This document shows positions 28,266 through 37,997 of a stretch of DNA of 64,000 bases, piece after piece (the first letter of the stretch is position 1; the number at the start of each line of letters is the position of its first letter). The notes beneath the pieces were generated by a model. It was not told the origin of the DNA. It worked only from the letters and a program-made list of their open reading frames with translations, and made no database searches. A program made the position numbers and the translations under genes. The DNA comes from Brevundimonas sp. (GTDB lineage Bacteria > Pseudomonadota > Alphaproteobacteria > Caulobacterales > Caulobacteraceae): positions 245,006 through 309,005 of the forward strand of contig JACVCC010000004.1 in the NCBI GenBank assembly GCA_016742215.1, given 5' to 3'.

Positions 28266-28922
28266 CTAATCCTGTGCAGGCGAGGCCGGCATCAGGTCGC
28301 CGAAGGGAGCCGCGTCCTCCAGCGCCTTCACGAAGGACGGCCGCGCCATCAGACGGGCGTGGTAGGCTCTGAGGGCGGGACGATCCCCGAATGGAACCAG
28401 CCGCCGGGCATAGGTCATCAGCGGCGCCGCCCCGCAGTCCGCAAGACTGAAGCTGTCGCCCGCCGCCCAGGTCCGGCCGTCGGACAGACGGGCCTCGAGC
28501 ATGTCCCACGCGGTCGCCAGTTCGCGCTCATCGTTGGCGATCGCTCCCAGATGCGGTTCGCCCGCGCGGCCGAGACGGTTGAAGACGATCCGGTTCATCG
28601 GCCCGCCGACATAGGTGTCGAGAATCCGGTCCATGAAACGCGCTTCCAGCGCCTGATCCGGGTCGGCCGGGATCAGCTTTCCGCCACCTGCGAGCCGATC
28701 GAGGTATTCGATCACGATGCTGGACTCGATCACCGTGCGTCCGGCCTCGGTGTCGATCAGGGCCGGCATCTTTCCGAACGGCGACACGGCCATGAAGCCG
28801 CCCATGACCTCCGGCGAACCGTCGACCAGCTTCAGTTCGAACGGCAGGCCCAGCTCGTAGAGCGCAACCGAGGCCTTCTGGCCGTAGCCGGCGTAGGGGT
28901 GGGAATACAGTTGCAGCGCCAT
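28266..28922 (-). CDS. Glutathione S-transferase family protein
   Basis: PFGKMPAL, ESSIVIEYL and FSLADCGAAP motifs. Confidence 0.9.
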   Translation of the reverse strand: MALQLYSHPYAGYGQKASVALYELGLPFELKLVDGSPEVMGGFMAVSPFGKMPALIDTEAGRTVIESSIVIEYLDRLAGGGKLIPADPDQALEARFMDRILDTYVGGPMNRIVFNRLGRAGEPHLGAIANDERELATAWDMLEARLSDGRTWAAGDSFSLADCGAAPLMTYARRLVPFGDRPALRAYHARLMARPSFVKALEDAAPFGDLMPASPAQD

Positions 28923-28924
28923 GC

Positions 28925-29389
28925 TCAGGCCTCCGGATTACTGGCCAGCCAGGCGGCCATCTGTTCAACACCCTGGGCCGTGCCCTCCCGGCGATCAGCC
29001 CAGCCGTCCTCGCCGAAATAGACGCCCTGTTCGTTGTAGATCAGGCGCGTGCCGTCGCCGTCCGCGACCAGTTCGACCGAGGCGATCGAGGCCGAAAGCT
29101 TGCGGCCGCCGACGTGCATGACGAACGAGAGGACGAAGCGGCTGTCGGGCACAATGTCGAGGTAGGTCCCGTCGAAACGGTGCTCGCCGTCGTCGCCAGG
29201 ACCTCGGCTCACTTCGCGCCCGCCGACCCTGAAATCCAGCGCTTCGATCACGGGCGCGGCGACGCGGTCGCAGCCCATCCATCGCTGTTTGATCTCCCGG
29301 TCCGCATAGGCCGCGAAGACCCGGGCCGGGCGCGCGTCGAACCGCCGTTCGATCGTGAAGGCGCCGAAGACAGTGTCACGACCGGACAT
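28925..29389 (-). CDS. SRPBCC/AHSA1 domain protein
   Basis: FTIERRFDARPARVF, DFRVGG and GTRLIYNEQG motifs. Confidence 0.88.
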   Translation of the reverse strand: MSGRDTVFGAFTIERRFDARPARVFAAYADREIKQRWMGCDRVAAPVIEALDFRVGGREVSRGPGDDGEHRFDGTYLDIVPDSRFVLSFVMHVGGRKLSASIASVELVADGDGTRLIYNEQGVYFGEDGWADRREGTAQGVEQMAAWLASNPEA

Positions 29390-30045
29390 CAGACGACCTT
29401 CCTGGCGATCCGCAGGTGGGTCGCGCCCTCACCCGGCGTGCTGTCGACGATCTCGTAACCCAGAGTGGGCAGATCGAGACCGGTCCAGAACGGTTCACCT
29501 TGTCCCAGCATCACCGGCGAGACCGCGATATGCAGTTCGTCGATCAGCCCGGCCTTGAGATACTGGCGGACGGTCTCCGCTCCACCGCCGATCCGGATGT
29601 CCAGATCGCCAGCGGCCTTGCGCGCCCTCTCCAGCGCCACCTCGATGCCCTCGGTGACGAAGTGGAAGACGGTGCCGCCCTTCATCCCGAACGACGGGCG
29701 CGGATAATGGGTCAGGATGAAGACCTCGCAGCGATAGGGCGGCTCCTCGCCCCACCAGCCCTTCCAGCCGTCGTCGACCCAGTCGCCGCGGCTGTGGGCG
29801 AACATGTTGCGTCCGAGAATCCACGCCCCGATGCCGGCCATGCCGCGCGCGGCGAAGTCATTGTCGACGCCTGCGTTGCCTTTTCCATCGCCGTACATTC
29901 CCTGGAAGGTCTCGGTCGGGAAGAACCATTTGTGCAGCTGCTCTCCACCTACGCCCAGCGGGTTCTCGAGGCTCTGGTCCGGTCCGGCGCCGAAGCCGTC
30001 CGCCGAGATCGCATAGCTGCTGACGCGCACCTTGCCGCCCATCAC
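29389..30045 (-). CDS. Dihydrofolate reductase-like (RibD C-terminal) protein
   Basis: ISADGFGAGP, GRNMF, GWWGEEPPY and IGGGAETVRQYL motifs. Confidence 0.88.
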   Translation of the reverse strand: MMGGKVRVSSYAISADGFGAGPDQSLENPLGVGGEQLHKWFFPTETFQGMYGDGKGNAGVDNDFAARGMAGIGAWILGRNMFAHSRGDWVDDGWKGWWGEEPPYRCEVFILTHYPRPSFGMKGGTVFHFVTEGIEVALERARKAAGDLDIRIGGGAETVRQYLKAGLIDELHIAVSPVMLGQGEPFWTGLDLPTLGYEIVDSTPGEGATHLRIARKVV

Positions 30046-30545
30046 GCAGACTCCCCGAGCTCGGCCGCCAGCTTGCCCAGCATCTCGGCGCAGCCTTCTT
30101 CCCGCCCGGCGATCTCGGCTTTGGGGTCACCGCCGAAATAGGCCCCCTGCTCGGTGTAGATCAGCCGCGTGCCCGCGCCCTCGGCGACCAGTTCCGTAGT
30201 GGCGAGGGAGGCCGAGGCCCGCTCCTTCTGTCCGCCGACTACCCGACCCATGACGTAGGTCAGGATGATCCGGCCGTTCTCGACGATGTCGAGGTATTCG
30301 GTGTCGTTGAACCAGGTCTCGTTCTGCTCCCCGCCGAAGCGGAAGCTGCCGCTCGCGCGCCCGCCGACCCTGAAATCGTTCTCCCAGTCGTGGATGGTCC
30401 AGCCCTCGCCGTCGACGAACCACCTGCGGAACGCGGCGGGATCGGAGTAGGCGCGAAAGACCCGTTCCGGCGTCGCGTCAAAGCGGCGCTCGATGGTGAA
30501 GGTCCCGTGCGCGAGCTCCGGCTTGTCCGCGGTCGACATGGTCAT
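30042..30545 (-). CDS. SRPBCC/AHSA1 domain protein
   Basis: HGTFTIERRFDATPERVF and GTRLIYTEQG; paralog of 28925..29389. Confidence 0.88.
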   Translation of the reverse strand: MTMSTADKPELAHGTFTIERRFDATPERVFRAYSDPAAFRRWFVDGEGWTIHDWENDFRVGGRASGSFRFGGEQNETWFNDTEYLDIVENGRIILTYVMGRVVGGQKERASASLATTELVAEGAGTRLIYTEQGAYFGGDPKAEIAGREEGCAEMLGKLAAELGESA

Positions 30546-30883
30546 TTCTCCGATTCCGGTTTCGTTTCGTCGAGGAAGGCGGCGAGGCGATCGAAGCTGC
30601 GCTCGACCGATTGGCGGCGTTCATTCAGCCACCGCTCGGCGGCCGTGATGGCCTGGGGTTCGACCCGGCAAGTGCGGACGCGGCCGACCTTCTCGGATTT
30701 CACCAGCCCGGACGTCTCCAGCACCTTCAGGTGCTGCACCACCGCCGACATGGACATGTCGAACGGCTCGGCCAGTTCGCTGACAGAGGCCGGCCCGCGC
30801 GACAGGCGCTCGACCATCGCCCGGCGGGTCGGATCGGCCAGTGCCTGGAACGCCAGGTCGAGCGGTTGTTGATACTGAAGCAT
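30542..30883 (-). CDS. ArsR/SmtB family regulator
   Basis: FQALADPTRR, SVSELA and QHLKVLETSGLVKSEKVGRVR motifs. Confidence 0.92.
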   Translation of the reverse strand: MLQYQQPLDLAFQALADPTRRAMVERLSRGPASVSELAEPFDMSMSAVVQHLKVLETSGLVKSEKVGRVRTCRVEPQAITAAERWLNERRQSVERSFDRLAAFLDETKPESEK

Positions 30884-30917
30884 TCACTTAAGTATCAAGT
30901 CCGCAGGAGGTCCGCAA
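30869..30917 (-). promoter_or_regulatory. ArsR autoregulatory operator (12-6-12 inverted repeat over the start codon) and sigma70-like promoter of a probably leaderless transcript
   Basis: TTGATACTGAAG-CATTCA-CTTAAGTATCAA (11/12 match). Minus-strand TTGCGG-N17-TACTTA ends 5 nt before ATG 30883. Confidence 0.7.
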
Positions 30918-30972
30918 CCCCCCGTTAATCGACGCGGCGCACGCTTCGGGTCTTCACGGTGGGAGCCGGGAC

Positions 30973-31350
30973 ATGTCGAGCATCCAGACGGGCACCTACC
31001 GTCGCCAGCGGGATCATTTCGAGCCGCAGGACATCGATCCTCAGGAACAGCGCCGACTTCGCGGCCTGCTGGAGCAGATCGACTACGCGGCCTTCGTCGC
31101 CAATCGCGAGGTCGTCGGCCAGATGCTGCCCGCCCTGACGGCGGCCAACTTCCAGCGTCTGGCGGTCATGACCGCCACCGCGCGGGCGAAATGGGTCTCG
31201 GAGGGACTGCGGCAGTCGGAGTCCGGCGCCCCCTCCACCCCGGACCAGATCGCCCGACTAACCTCCGCCCGCACCGCGTTCGAGGAACTGGTCGAGGTCT
31301 ATGACGGGCTGCGCCGGATGGTCGAGCGGGGCTACATCACCCTCAAATAG
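30973..31350 (+). CDS. Hypothetical protein (125 aa, helical)
   Basis: Clean ORF with GGGAG RBS and coding-like codon usage. Confidence 0.8.
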   Translation: MSSIQTGTYRRQRDHFEPQDIDPQEQRRLRGLLEQIDYAAFVANREVVGQMLPALTAANFQRLAVMTATARAKWVSEGLRQSESGAPSTPDQIARLTSARTAFEELVEVYDGLRRMVERGYITLK

Positions 31351-31356
31351 CCCGGT

Positions 31357-32313
31357 CTAGTCCAACGGCTGCGGCCGGGTCTGGATGGGGGCGTCAGGAT
31401 CGACGGCCGGCCGTTCGGCCGCCGTGGGCGGCGGTCCTGCGGGCTGGGGATCCGGCTGTTGGGCCGGAGGCGGCGCGATCTCGACCAGGGGCGTCGGGGT
31501 GATCGCAGGCGCAGCAGGCTGAGGCCGGGATGTCGCCGGCGCCGGGACCGCTGGCGCCGGGCGAGCCTCCGTCGGCGCCGGGCGGGCTGCGCGGGGCGCC
31601 TCAGGCTCTGCCGTCGCCGCGGGCGCGTCGATCGTCGTGTCGGCCGCAGGCGTCGCCTCGACCGGAACAGGCGCGGCCTCGACCGGAGTGTCGGGCGCGG
31701 CGACCACAGGAACGGCCGGGGCCGGCACAGTCACCTCCGCCGGCCGATTCAGCGCCCAGAAGCCGAGCGCGCCCAGCGCGACAACAGCGGCCGCGCCGCC
31801 AAGATACAGCGGCATCCGCCCGGACGGCTTGCGGCGGGCTGTGGTGGCGGCCAGCGCGGGACTGACGACAGGCTCAGCTTCCGGGGACGGCGCGGCGATC
31901 GGCTCGACGGGTCGGCGCGCGACCGGCTGCTCCCGGGGCGTGGGCGACGGAACGGGTGCGGGCGTGGGCGCCGGCGTCGTCGGTGCAGCGCCGGGCAGGG
32001 GCCGCACAGTCGTGTCGGCGACCGGGGCGGAGACGGGTTCGGCGCGTGGCGCAGGGATCGGCTTCGGCTCCGGCGTGGGAGCGGGGGCCGCCGGACGCGG
32101 ACGGGCCTGCGGGATCATCGATCCGCTGAAAATGCCCGGCCCGGCAGGGCGCGGCGCTGGCTTCGGCTTGGGCGGCTCGGGCAGGGGCGGCAGCTTCTCG
32201 CCCTTCGGCAACGGACCGGCGCGGAAGGTGGTCGCCGGCGGACGCCCCCATTGCACCGCGCGCCGGAAGGGCTGCGGCTGGCCGTTCAGGGGATTGTCCG
32301 TCTTGTCGTTCAT
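31357..32313 (-). CDS. Pro/Ala-rich single-TM hypothetical protein
   Basis: Low-complexity segments flank one TM (LYLGGAAAVVALGALGFWAL); RBS GGGAG. Confidence 0.75.
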   Translation of the reverse strand: MNDKTDNPLNGQPQPFRRAVQWGRPPATTFRAGPLPKGEKLPPLPEPPKPKPAPRPAGPGIFSGSMIPQARPRPAAPAPTPEPKPIPAPRAEPVSAPVADTTVRPLPGAAPTTPAPTPAPVPSPTPREQPVARRPVEPIAAPSPEAEPVVSPALAATTARRKPSGRMPLYLGGAAAVVALGALGFWALNRPAEVTVPAPAVPVVAAPDTPVEAAPVPVEATPAADTTIDAPAATAEPEAPRAARPAPTEARPAPAVPAPATSRPQPAAPAITPTPLVEIAPPPAQQPDPQPAGPPPTAAERPAVDPDAPIQTRPQPLD

Positions 32314-32396
32314 TACCCGCTCCCGCGCCGTCGGCGCGTTTCGTCAACGCATACTGACGGCGAAGGTGGCGACCGAAATGGCCGGTTTCGTGACGA

Positions 32397-33163
32397 TCAG
32401 TTCTTCAGGCGATAGCCGGTGCGGAACATCCACCAGACCACAGCGAGGCAGGTCAGGAAGAAGCCCAGCGTCGCGCCGAGGCTGATCGCGACCGAAACGT
32501 CCCCCACCCCGAAGAAGGCCCAGCGGAATCCGGAGATCAGATAGACCACCGGGTTGAACAGGCTGACGACCCGCCACGCCTGGGGCAGCATGTCGATCGA
32601 ATAAAAGGCCCCGCCCAGGAAGGTCAGGGGCGTGACGATCAGCATGGGAATGAAGTTCAGCTGCTCGAAGCTCTGCGCCCAGACCCCGATGATGAAGCCG
32701 AACAGGCTGAAAGTCGCCGAGATCAGGACGAGGAAGGCCAGCATCCAGACCGGGTGCAGGATCTGCAGCGGCACGAACAGCGCCGCGGTGGCGAGGATGA
32801 TCAGGCCGAGGATCACCGACTTGGTCGCCGCGGCCCCGACATAGCCCAGCACGGTCTCGAACGGGCTGATCGGCGCGGACAGCAGTTCGTAGATCGTGCC
32901 GGTGAATTTCGGGAAGTAGATGCCGAAGCTGCCGTTGAAGATCGAGTTGGTGAACAGGCTGAGCATGATCAGGCCGGGCACGATGAAGGCGCCGTAGGGC
33001 ACCTCCGAAACCTCGGTCATCCGGCTGCCGATGGCCGAACCGAAGACGACGAAGTACAGGGCTGTCGTGATCACCGGGGTGACGATCGACTGCCACAAGG
33101 TGCGCAGGGCGCGCGCCATCTCGAAGCGGTAGATCGCCCAGACGCCGTAACCGTTGAACGCCA

Positions 33164-33164
<1 letters not shown>
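32397..33164 (-). CDS. ABC-2 type permease (YadH-like)
   Basis: [23 protein letters not shown] and [12 protein letters not shown] motifs. Confidence 0.92.
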
Positions 33165-34102
<938 letters not shown>

Positions 34103-34215
34103 GCGCGCCCTCCCAAGGGTCCCGCAGATATGTGTCGTCCTGCCGCACCTCAAGTCCATGGGATGCGACCGGAGCCATATTCATTTCGGTGAGTTCCCTC
34201 CGCGTGCGAGCTCTA

Positions 34216-35088
34216 TTGTCGAGACAGATCGAGCGCGTCTGGCGCCCGCGGCGTCGGCGTCGGCGTCGGGAGAAGGCGATCGCAACTGGCGTGGAGCTGG
34301 CGGCCCGGTTCGGCTACGGCGCACGCGGCTTCGTCTATCTGTCGGCCGGCCTGATCATCCTGTTGTCCAGCGCCGATCTGGTTGACGGAGCGGTTGGAAC
34401 CCGGGGCGCGATCGCCTGGCTGGGAATCCAGCCGCTCGGCCGCGCCTGGCTCTTTCTGCTTGGAGTGGGCCTGACCGCCTTCCTCAGCTGGCGCGTGATG
34501 CAGTCGGTCTTCGACGCCGACCACGAGGGTCGATCCTGGCAGGGCGTGAATACCCGCATCAGCCAGGCCTTCAGCGGGCTTGGCTACGGCTTTCTCGCTA
34601 TCAGCGCCTTCAGCCTCCTCATTCACACCCCGCCCGACCCGGCCCTGGCGGAGGCGCAGGACGGCGTCGATCAGGCGAGGCGAGTGCTTTCCCTGCCGCT
34701 CGGCAACTGGCTGCTGGTGGGGATCGGCCTGTGCATCGGGGGAGTCGGCGTCGCCAACGTGGTGAAGGCCTGGCGGGAGGACTTCACCGAATACCTTTCC
34801 TGCTCCGTCGATCTGTGCCGACGCGTCGCTCCGTTGGCCCGGATCGGCTACATGGCGCGCGGACTGGCCTGGCTGCCTTTGTCCGCCCTCGTGATCGCAG
34901 CCGGACTCCATGCGGAGGCGGCGCAGGTCACCGGGTTCGGCGGCGCGCTCGACGCCGTGGATCGACAGGTCGCCGGGCCCTGGCTTCTCGGTGCGGGAGC
35001 GCTCGGATTTATCGCGTTCGGCGTCTTCTCCTTCGTCGAGGCGCGCTTCCGACGCATCCGCCCGCCGCGCGAGATCGTATCGGCCTGA
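34216..35088 (+). CDS. DUF1206 membrane protein (start uncertain: GTG 34189 or TTG 34216)
   Basis: Repeated [12 protein letters not shown] / [12 protein letters not shown] units and C-terminal EARFRRI. Confidence 0.8.
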   Translation: MSRQIERVWRPRRRRRRREKAIATGVELAARFGYGARGFVYLSAGLIILLSSADLVDGAVGTRGAIAWLGIQPLGRAWLFLLGVGLTAFLSWRVMQSVFDADHEGRSWQGVNTRISQAFSGLGYGFLAISAFSLLIHTPPDPALAEAQDGVDQARRVLSLPLGNWLLVGIGLCIGGVGVANVVKAWREDFTEYLSCSVDLCRRVAPLARIGYMARGLAWLPLSALVIAAGLHAEAAQVTGFGGALDAVDRQVAGPWLLGAGALGFIAFGVFSFVEARFRRIRPPREIVSA

Positions 35089-35106
35089 GACCCACAGGAG
35101 GCCCGC

Positions 35107-35661
35107 ATGAGCCGCTCGATCGCCGTCGTCGCTCTTTCATCCGTACTTGCGTCCGGCCTCTCGGCCTGCGTTACGGCTCCGTCTCCCGATGAGTATCGCG
35201 CGCCGCAGCCGGCGCGCTCGGTCGACGCCGAGCGTCTGTGGTCCGGGCGGTGGATCGAGGTCGCTCGCCTTCCGGACCGGCTGACGGACGGCTGCGTCGC
35301 CGGTGCGTCCAACTACGTCCTCGTCACCCCGACCCGCGTCGATGTCCGCGACACCTGCGAGCGTGGTCAGCCGGGAGGAAGCGAGAAAGCCATCGGCGGG
35401 CGCGGTGAAATCCTCGATCCCGGGACGAACGCCAAACTGAGGGTGCGCTACCTCGCCGGTTTCGTGACATGGGACTACTGGGTGCTGGACCATGATGACG
35501 CCTACACCTGGTTCATCTCGGCCGATCCGACGTTCGAACGCCTGTTCATCTATACGCGTGAGGTTCCGACGCCGGCCCAGCGCGATCGACTGACAGAGCG
35601 CGCCCGCGCTCTGGGATATGACGTGAGCCGACTGGAGTTTCCCGCCCAACCCTCTCGCTGA
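35107..35661 (+). CDS. Lipocalin (Blc-like) lipoprotein
   Basis: Lipobox LSAC, GRWIEVARL and DYWVLDHDDAY motifs. Confidence 0.88.
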   Translation: MSRSIAVVALSSVLASGLSACVTAPSPDEYRAPQPARSVDAERLWSGRWIEVARLPDRLTDGCVAGASNYVLVTPTRVDVRDTCERGQPGGSEKAIGGRGEILDPGTNAKLRVRYLAGFVTWDYWVLDHDDAYTWFISADPTFERLFIYTREVPTPAQRDRLTERARALGYDVSRLEFPAQPSR

Positions 35662-35670
35662 GGACCAGCC

Positions 35671-36981
35671 ATGCGCAGGATCGTTGTTGCCGCTTCCGCT
35701 GCCGCCCTTCTGACCGCCTCCTGCGGGACCGACTCCCGCACCGATCCGATGCTGGGTTACGGGCCGAACCCGACCCTGCCAGCCCCGAGCCGGACCCTGT
35801 TCCCGACGGTGAATGTGGCCGAGGCGGTCGGTTGGCCGCAGGGCCGGATGCCGACGCCAGCGCCGGGCTTTCAGATCGCCGCTTTCGCCCGCGATCTGGA
35901 CCATCCGCGCTGGCTCTATCGTCTTCCGAACGGCGACATTCTCGTCGCCGAGACCAATGCGCCGCCGAGGCCCGAACGTCAGAGGCGCGGGTTCCGCGAC
36001 TGGGCGGCGGGACTGGTGATGAGGAAAGCCGGCGCGCGGGCGCCCAGCGCCAACCGGATCACCCTGCTGCGCGACGCCGACGGGGACGGCGTCGCGGAGG
36101 TCCGCACGGCGTTCCTCGAGAACCTGACCTCGCCGTTCGGCATGGCTCTGGTCGGTGAGATCCTCTACGTCGCCAACGCCGACGCCGTGGTGGCCTTCCC
36201 GTACCAGACGGGCCAGACCCGCATCGATGCGGCGCCGCGCAAGGTCGCAGATCTGCCGGCAGGCCGGAACCATCACTGGACCAAGAGCCTGGTCGCCAGC
36301 GCGGACGGCTCGCGTCTCTATGTCGGGGTCGGGTCCAACTCGAACATCGCCGAGCACGGGATGGACGAGGAACAGGAGCGCGCCGCCGTGCTCGAGATCG
36401 ATCCGGCGACCGGCGCACGGCGCATCTTCGCTTCGGGCCTGCGCAATCCCGTCGGCATGGCGTGGCAACCGGACAGCGGCAGGCTGTGGGTCGCCGTCAA
36501 TGAGCGGGACGAACTCGGCAACGATCTGGTGCCCGACTACATGACCTCGGTCACGCCCGGCGGCTTCTACGGTTGGCCGTGGAGCTATTACGGACAGATC
36601 GTCGATGAGCGGGTCGAACCGGCAAACCCGGATCTGGTGGCGCGCGCCCTGAAGCCCGACTACGCGCTGGGCGCCCACACCGCGTCGCTCGGTCTGACCT
36701 TCGGAGAGGGTGGCCTGTTCGCGGATCGCTATCGCGGCGGGGCCTTCATCGGCCAGCACGGATCGTGGAACCGAAAGCCGCGCAACGGCTACCGCGTCGC
36801 CTTCGTGCCCTTCAGGAACGGAACGCCTGCCGGGATGCCCGAAGACATCCTGACCGGCTTCCTGAACGCCGACGATCAGGCCATGGGCCGGCCGGTTGGC
36901 GTCCAGTTCGACGGGCGCGGGGCTTTGCTGGTGGCCGACGACGTCGGCAACGTCATCTGGCGGGTCACCCCGACCGCATAG
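35671..36981 (+). CDS. PQQ-dependent sorbosone dehydrogenase family lipoprotein
   Basis: Lipobox TASC, HHWTK, GLRNPVG, NERDELG, HGSWNR and GRPVGV motifs. Confidence 0.9.
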   Translation: MRRIVVAASAAALLTASCGTDSRTDPMLGYGPNPTLPAPSRTLFPTVNVAEAVGWPQGRMPTPAPGFQIAAFARDLDHPRWLYRLPNGDILVAETNAPPRPERQRRGFRDWAAGLVMRKAGARAPSANRITLLRDADGDGVAEVRTAFLENLTSPFGMALVGEILYVANADAVVAFPYQTGQTRIDAAPRKVADLPAGRNHHWTKSLVASADGSRLYVGVGSNSNIAEHGMDEEQERAAVLEIDPATGARRIFASGLRNPVGMAWQPDSGRLWVAVNERDELGNDLVPDYMTSVTPGGFYGWPWSYYGQIVDERVEPANPDLVARALKPDYALGAHTASLGLTFGEGGLFADRYRGGAFIGQHGSWNRKPRNGYRVAFVPFRNGTPAGMPEDILTGFLNADDQAMGRPVGVQFDGRGALLVADDVGNVIWRVTPTA

Positions 36982-37015
36982 GAAAGGCCCCGCCGCGAGT
37001 GCGACGGGGCCTTCC
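36982..37015. terminator. Probable terminator hairpin between convergent genes
   Basis: AAGGCCCCGCCGC-GAGT-GCGACGGGGCCTT. Confidence 0.6.
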
Positions 37016-37033
37016 ATCATCCGATCATGGCGA

Positions 37034-37639
37034 TCAGTTCAGCGGTTGAACCACGATCGCCGGTGCGCGGGTCTCGGCCGGAGCCGGGGTCGGCGCGGGC
37101 GTACTGGCCGGAGCCGGCGCAGTGGTGTTGAGCGACGGCGTCGGCGAGGTGGTCGTGTTCAACGAGGCCGTCGGCGACGGGGCAGCCGGCTCAGTGATCA
37201 CGCGCGGCGTCGACGCGACTTCACGCTCAACGACCGGAGCCGCAGCGCGCGGCTGGGCGCGACGGACCGGCGCAGGAGCGACGCGCTCCGCCGGAGCGGC
37301 GCGGACAACCGGAGCCGGTGCCGACGCCGCTTCGACCGGAACCGGGGCGACCGTGGCCGGCGCTGCAGCCGGGGCAATCGGCACGACCGGAGCGGTCGCC
37401 GCAGGCTCGCTGAGGGCCGGGGCCGCGGCGTCGTCGCCGCCTCCCATCATCATGGCGACGGCGGCGCCGCCAAGAACCACGGCGCCGACGGGCGCGAGGA
37501 TCATCCAGGTCTTGACCTTGCCGCCGCTCTTGCGGCGCGCCGACTTCTTCGTGCGGGCATAGACGGGCACGAACTCCGGCTCGCGCACGGTCTCATCGGC
37601 GAAAGGGGTGATACGGTCGCCAGTATAGGTGACGGACAT
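37034..37639 (-). CDS. Pro/Ala-rich single-TM hypothetical protein
   Basis: RBS GGAGG before ATG 37639; basic patch, one TM and a disordered C-terminus. Confidence 0.75.
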   Translation of the reverse strand: MSVTYTGDRITPFADETVREPEFVPVYARTKKSARRKSGGKVKTWMILAPVGAVVLGGAAVAMMMGGGDDAAAPALSEPAATAPVVPIAPAAAPATVAPVPVEAASAPAPVVRAAPAERVAPAPVRRAQPRAAAPVVEREVASTPRVITEPAAPSPTASLNTTTSPTPSLNTTAPAPASTPAPTPAPAETRAPAIVVQPLN

Positions 37640-37997
37640 CTGTTCCTCCATTGATTGCGGGGAACCGAACCCGGGGAGGGAGACCAGAGTTCCGCGAAAT
37701 GGTGTAAAGTCGCGAAGAAATACCGTTCCCGCCACAAGTAGGGCGACACCCGGACGACTTTGGCCAAGCTTGTCGAGGGGCAGGAATCCGGACGCGCGAG
37801 CGTTTCGCCTCGTGGTTCATCTGAAAAATCACCGGCACGCCAAAACGTTACGCAACGGAACCGCCGCTTCGGCGCCACGCCCGGCGAAATTGTGGCCAAA
37901 TCGGCTCCCGGGAGCTGCGAACGATTCGCCTGCCGGTTGACCCCGACCGATGCGCCGTCCATGACCTTCGAGGGGGCGCTCTGGCAGGGATACGACT

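Noticed and set aside
37880-37910. GGC repeats at 10-11 bp spacing as a possible ChvI site
   Set aside because: Too little information content in a GC-rich genome to support by eye
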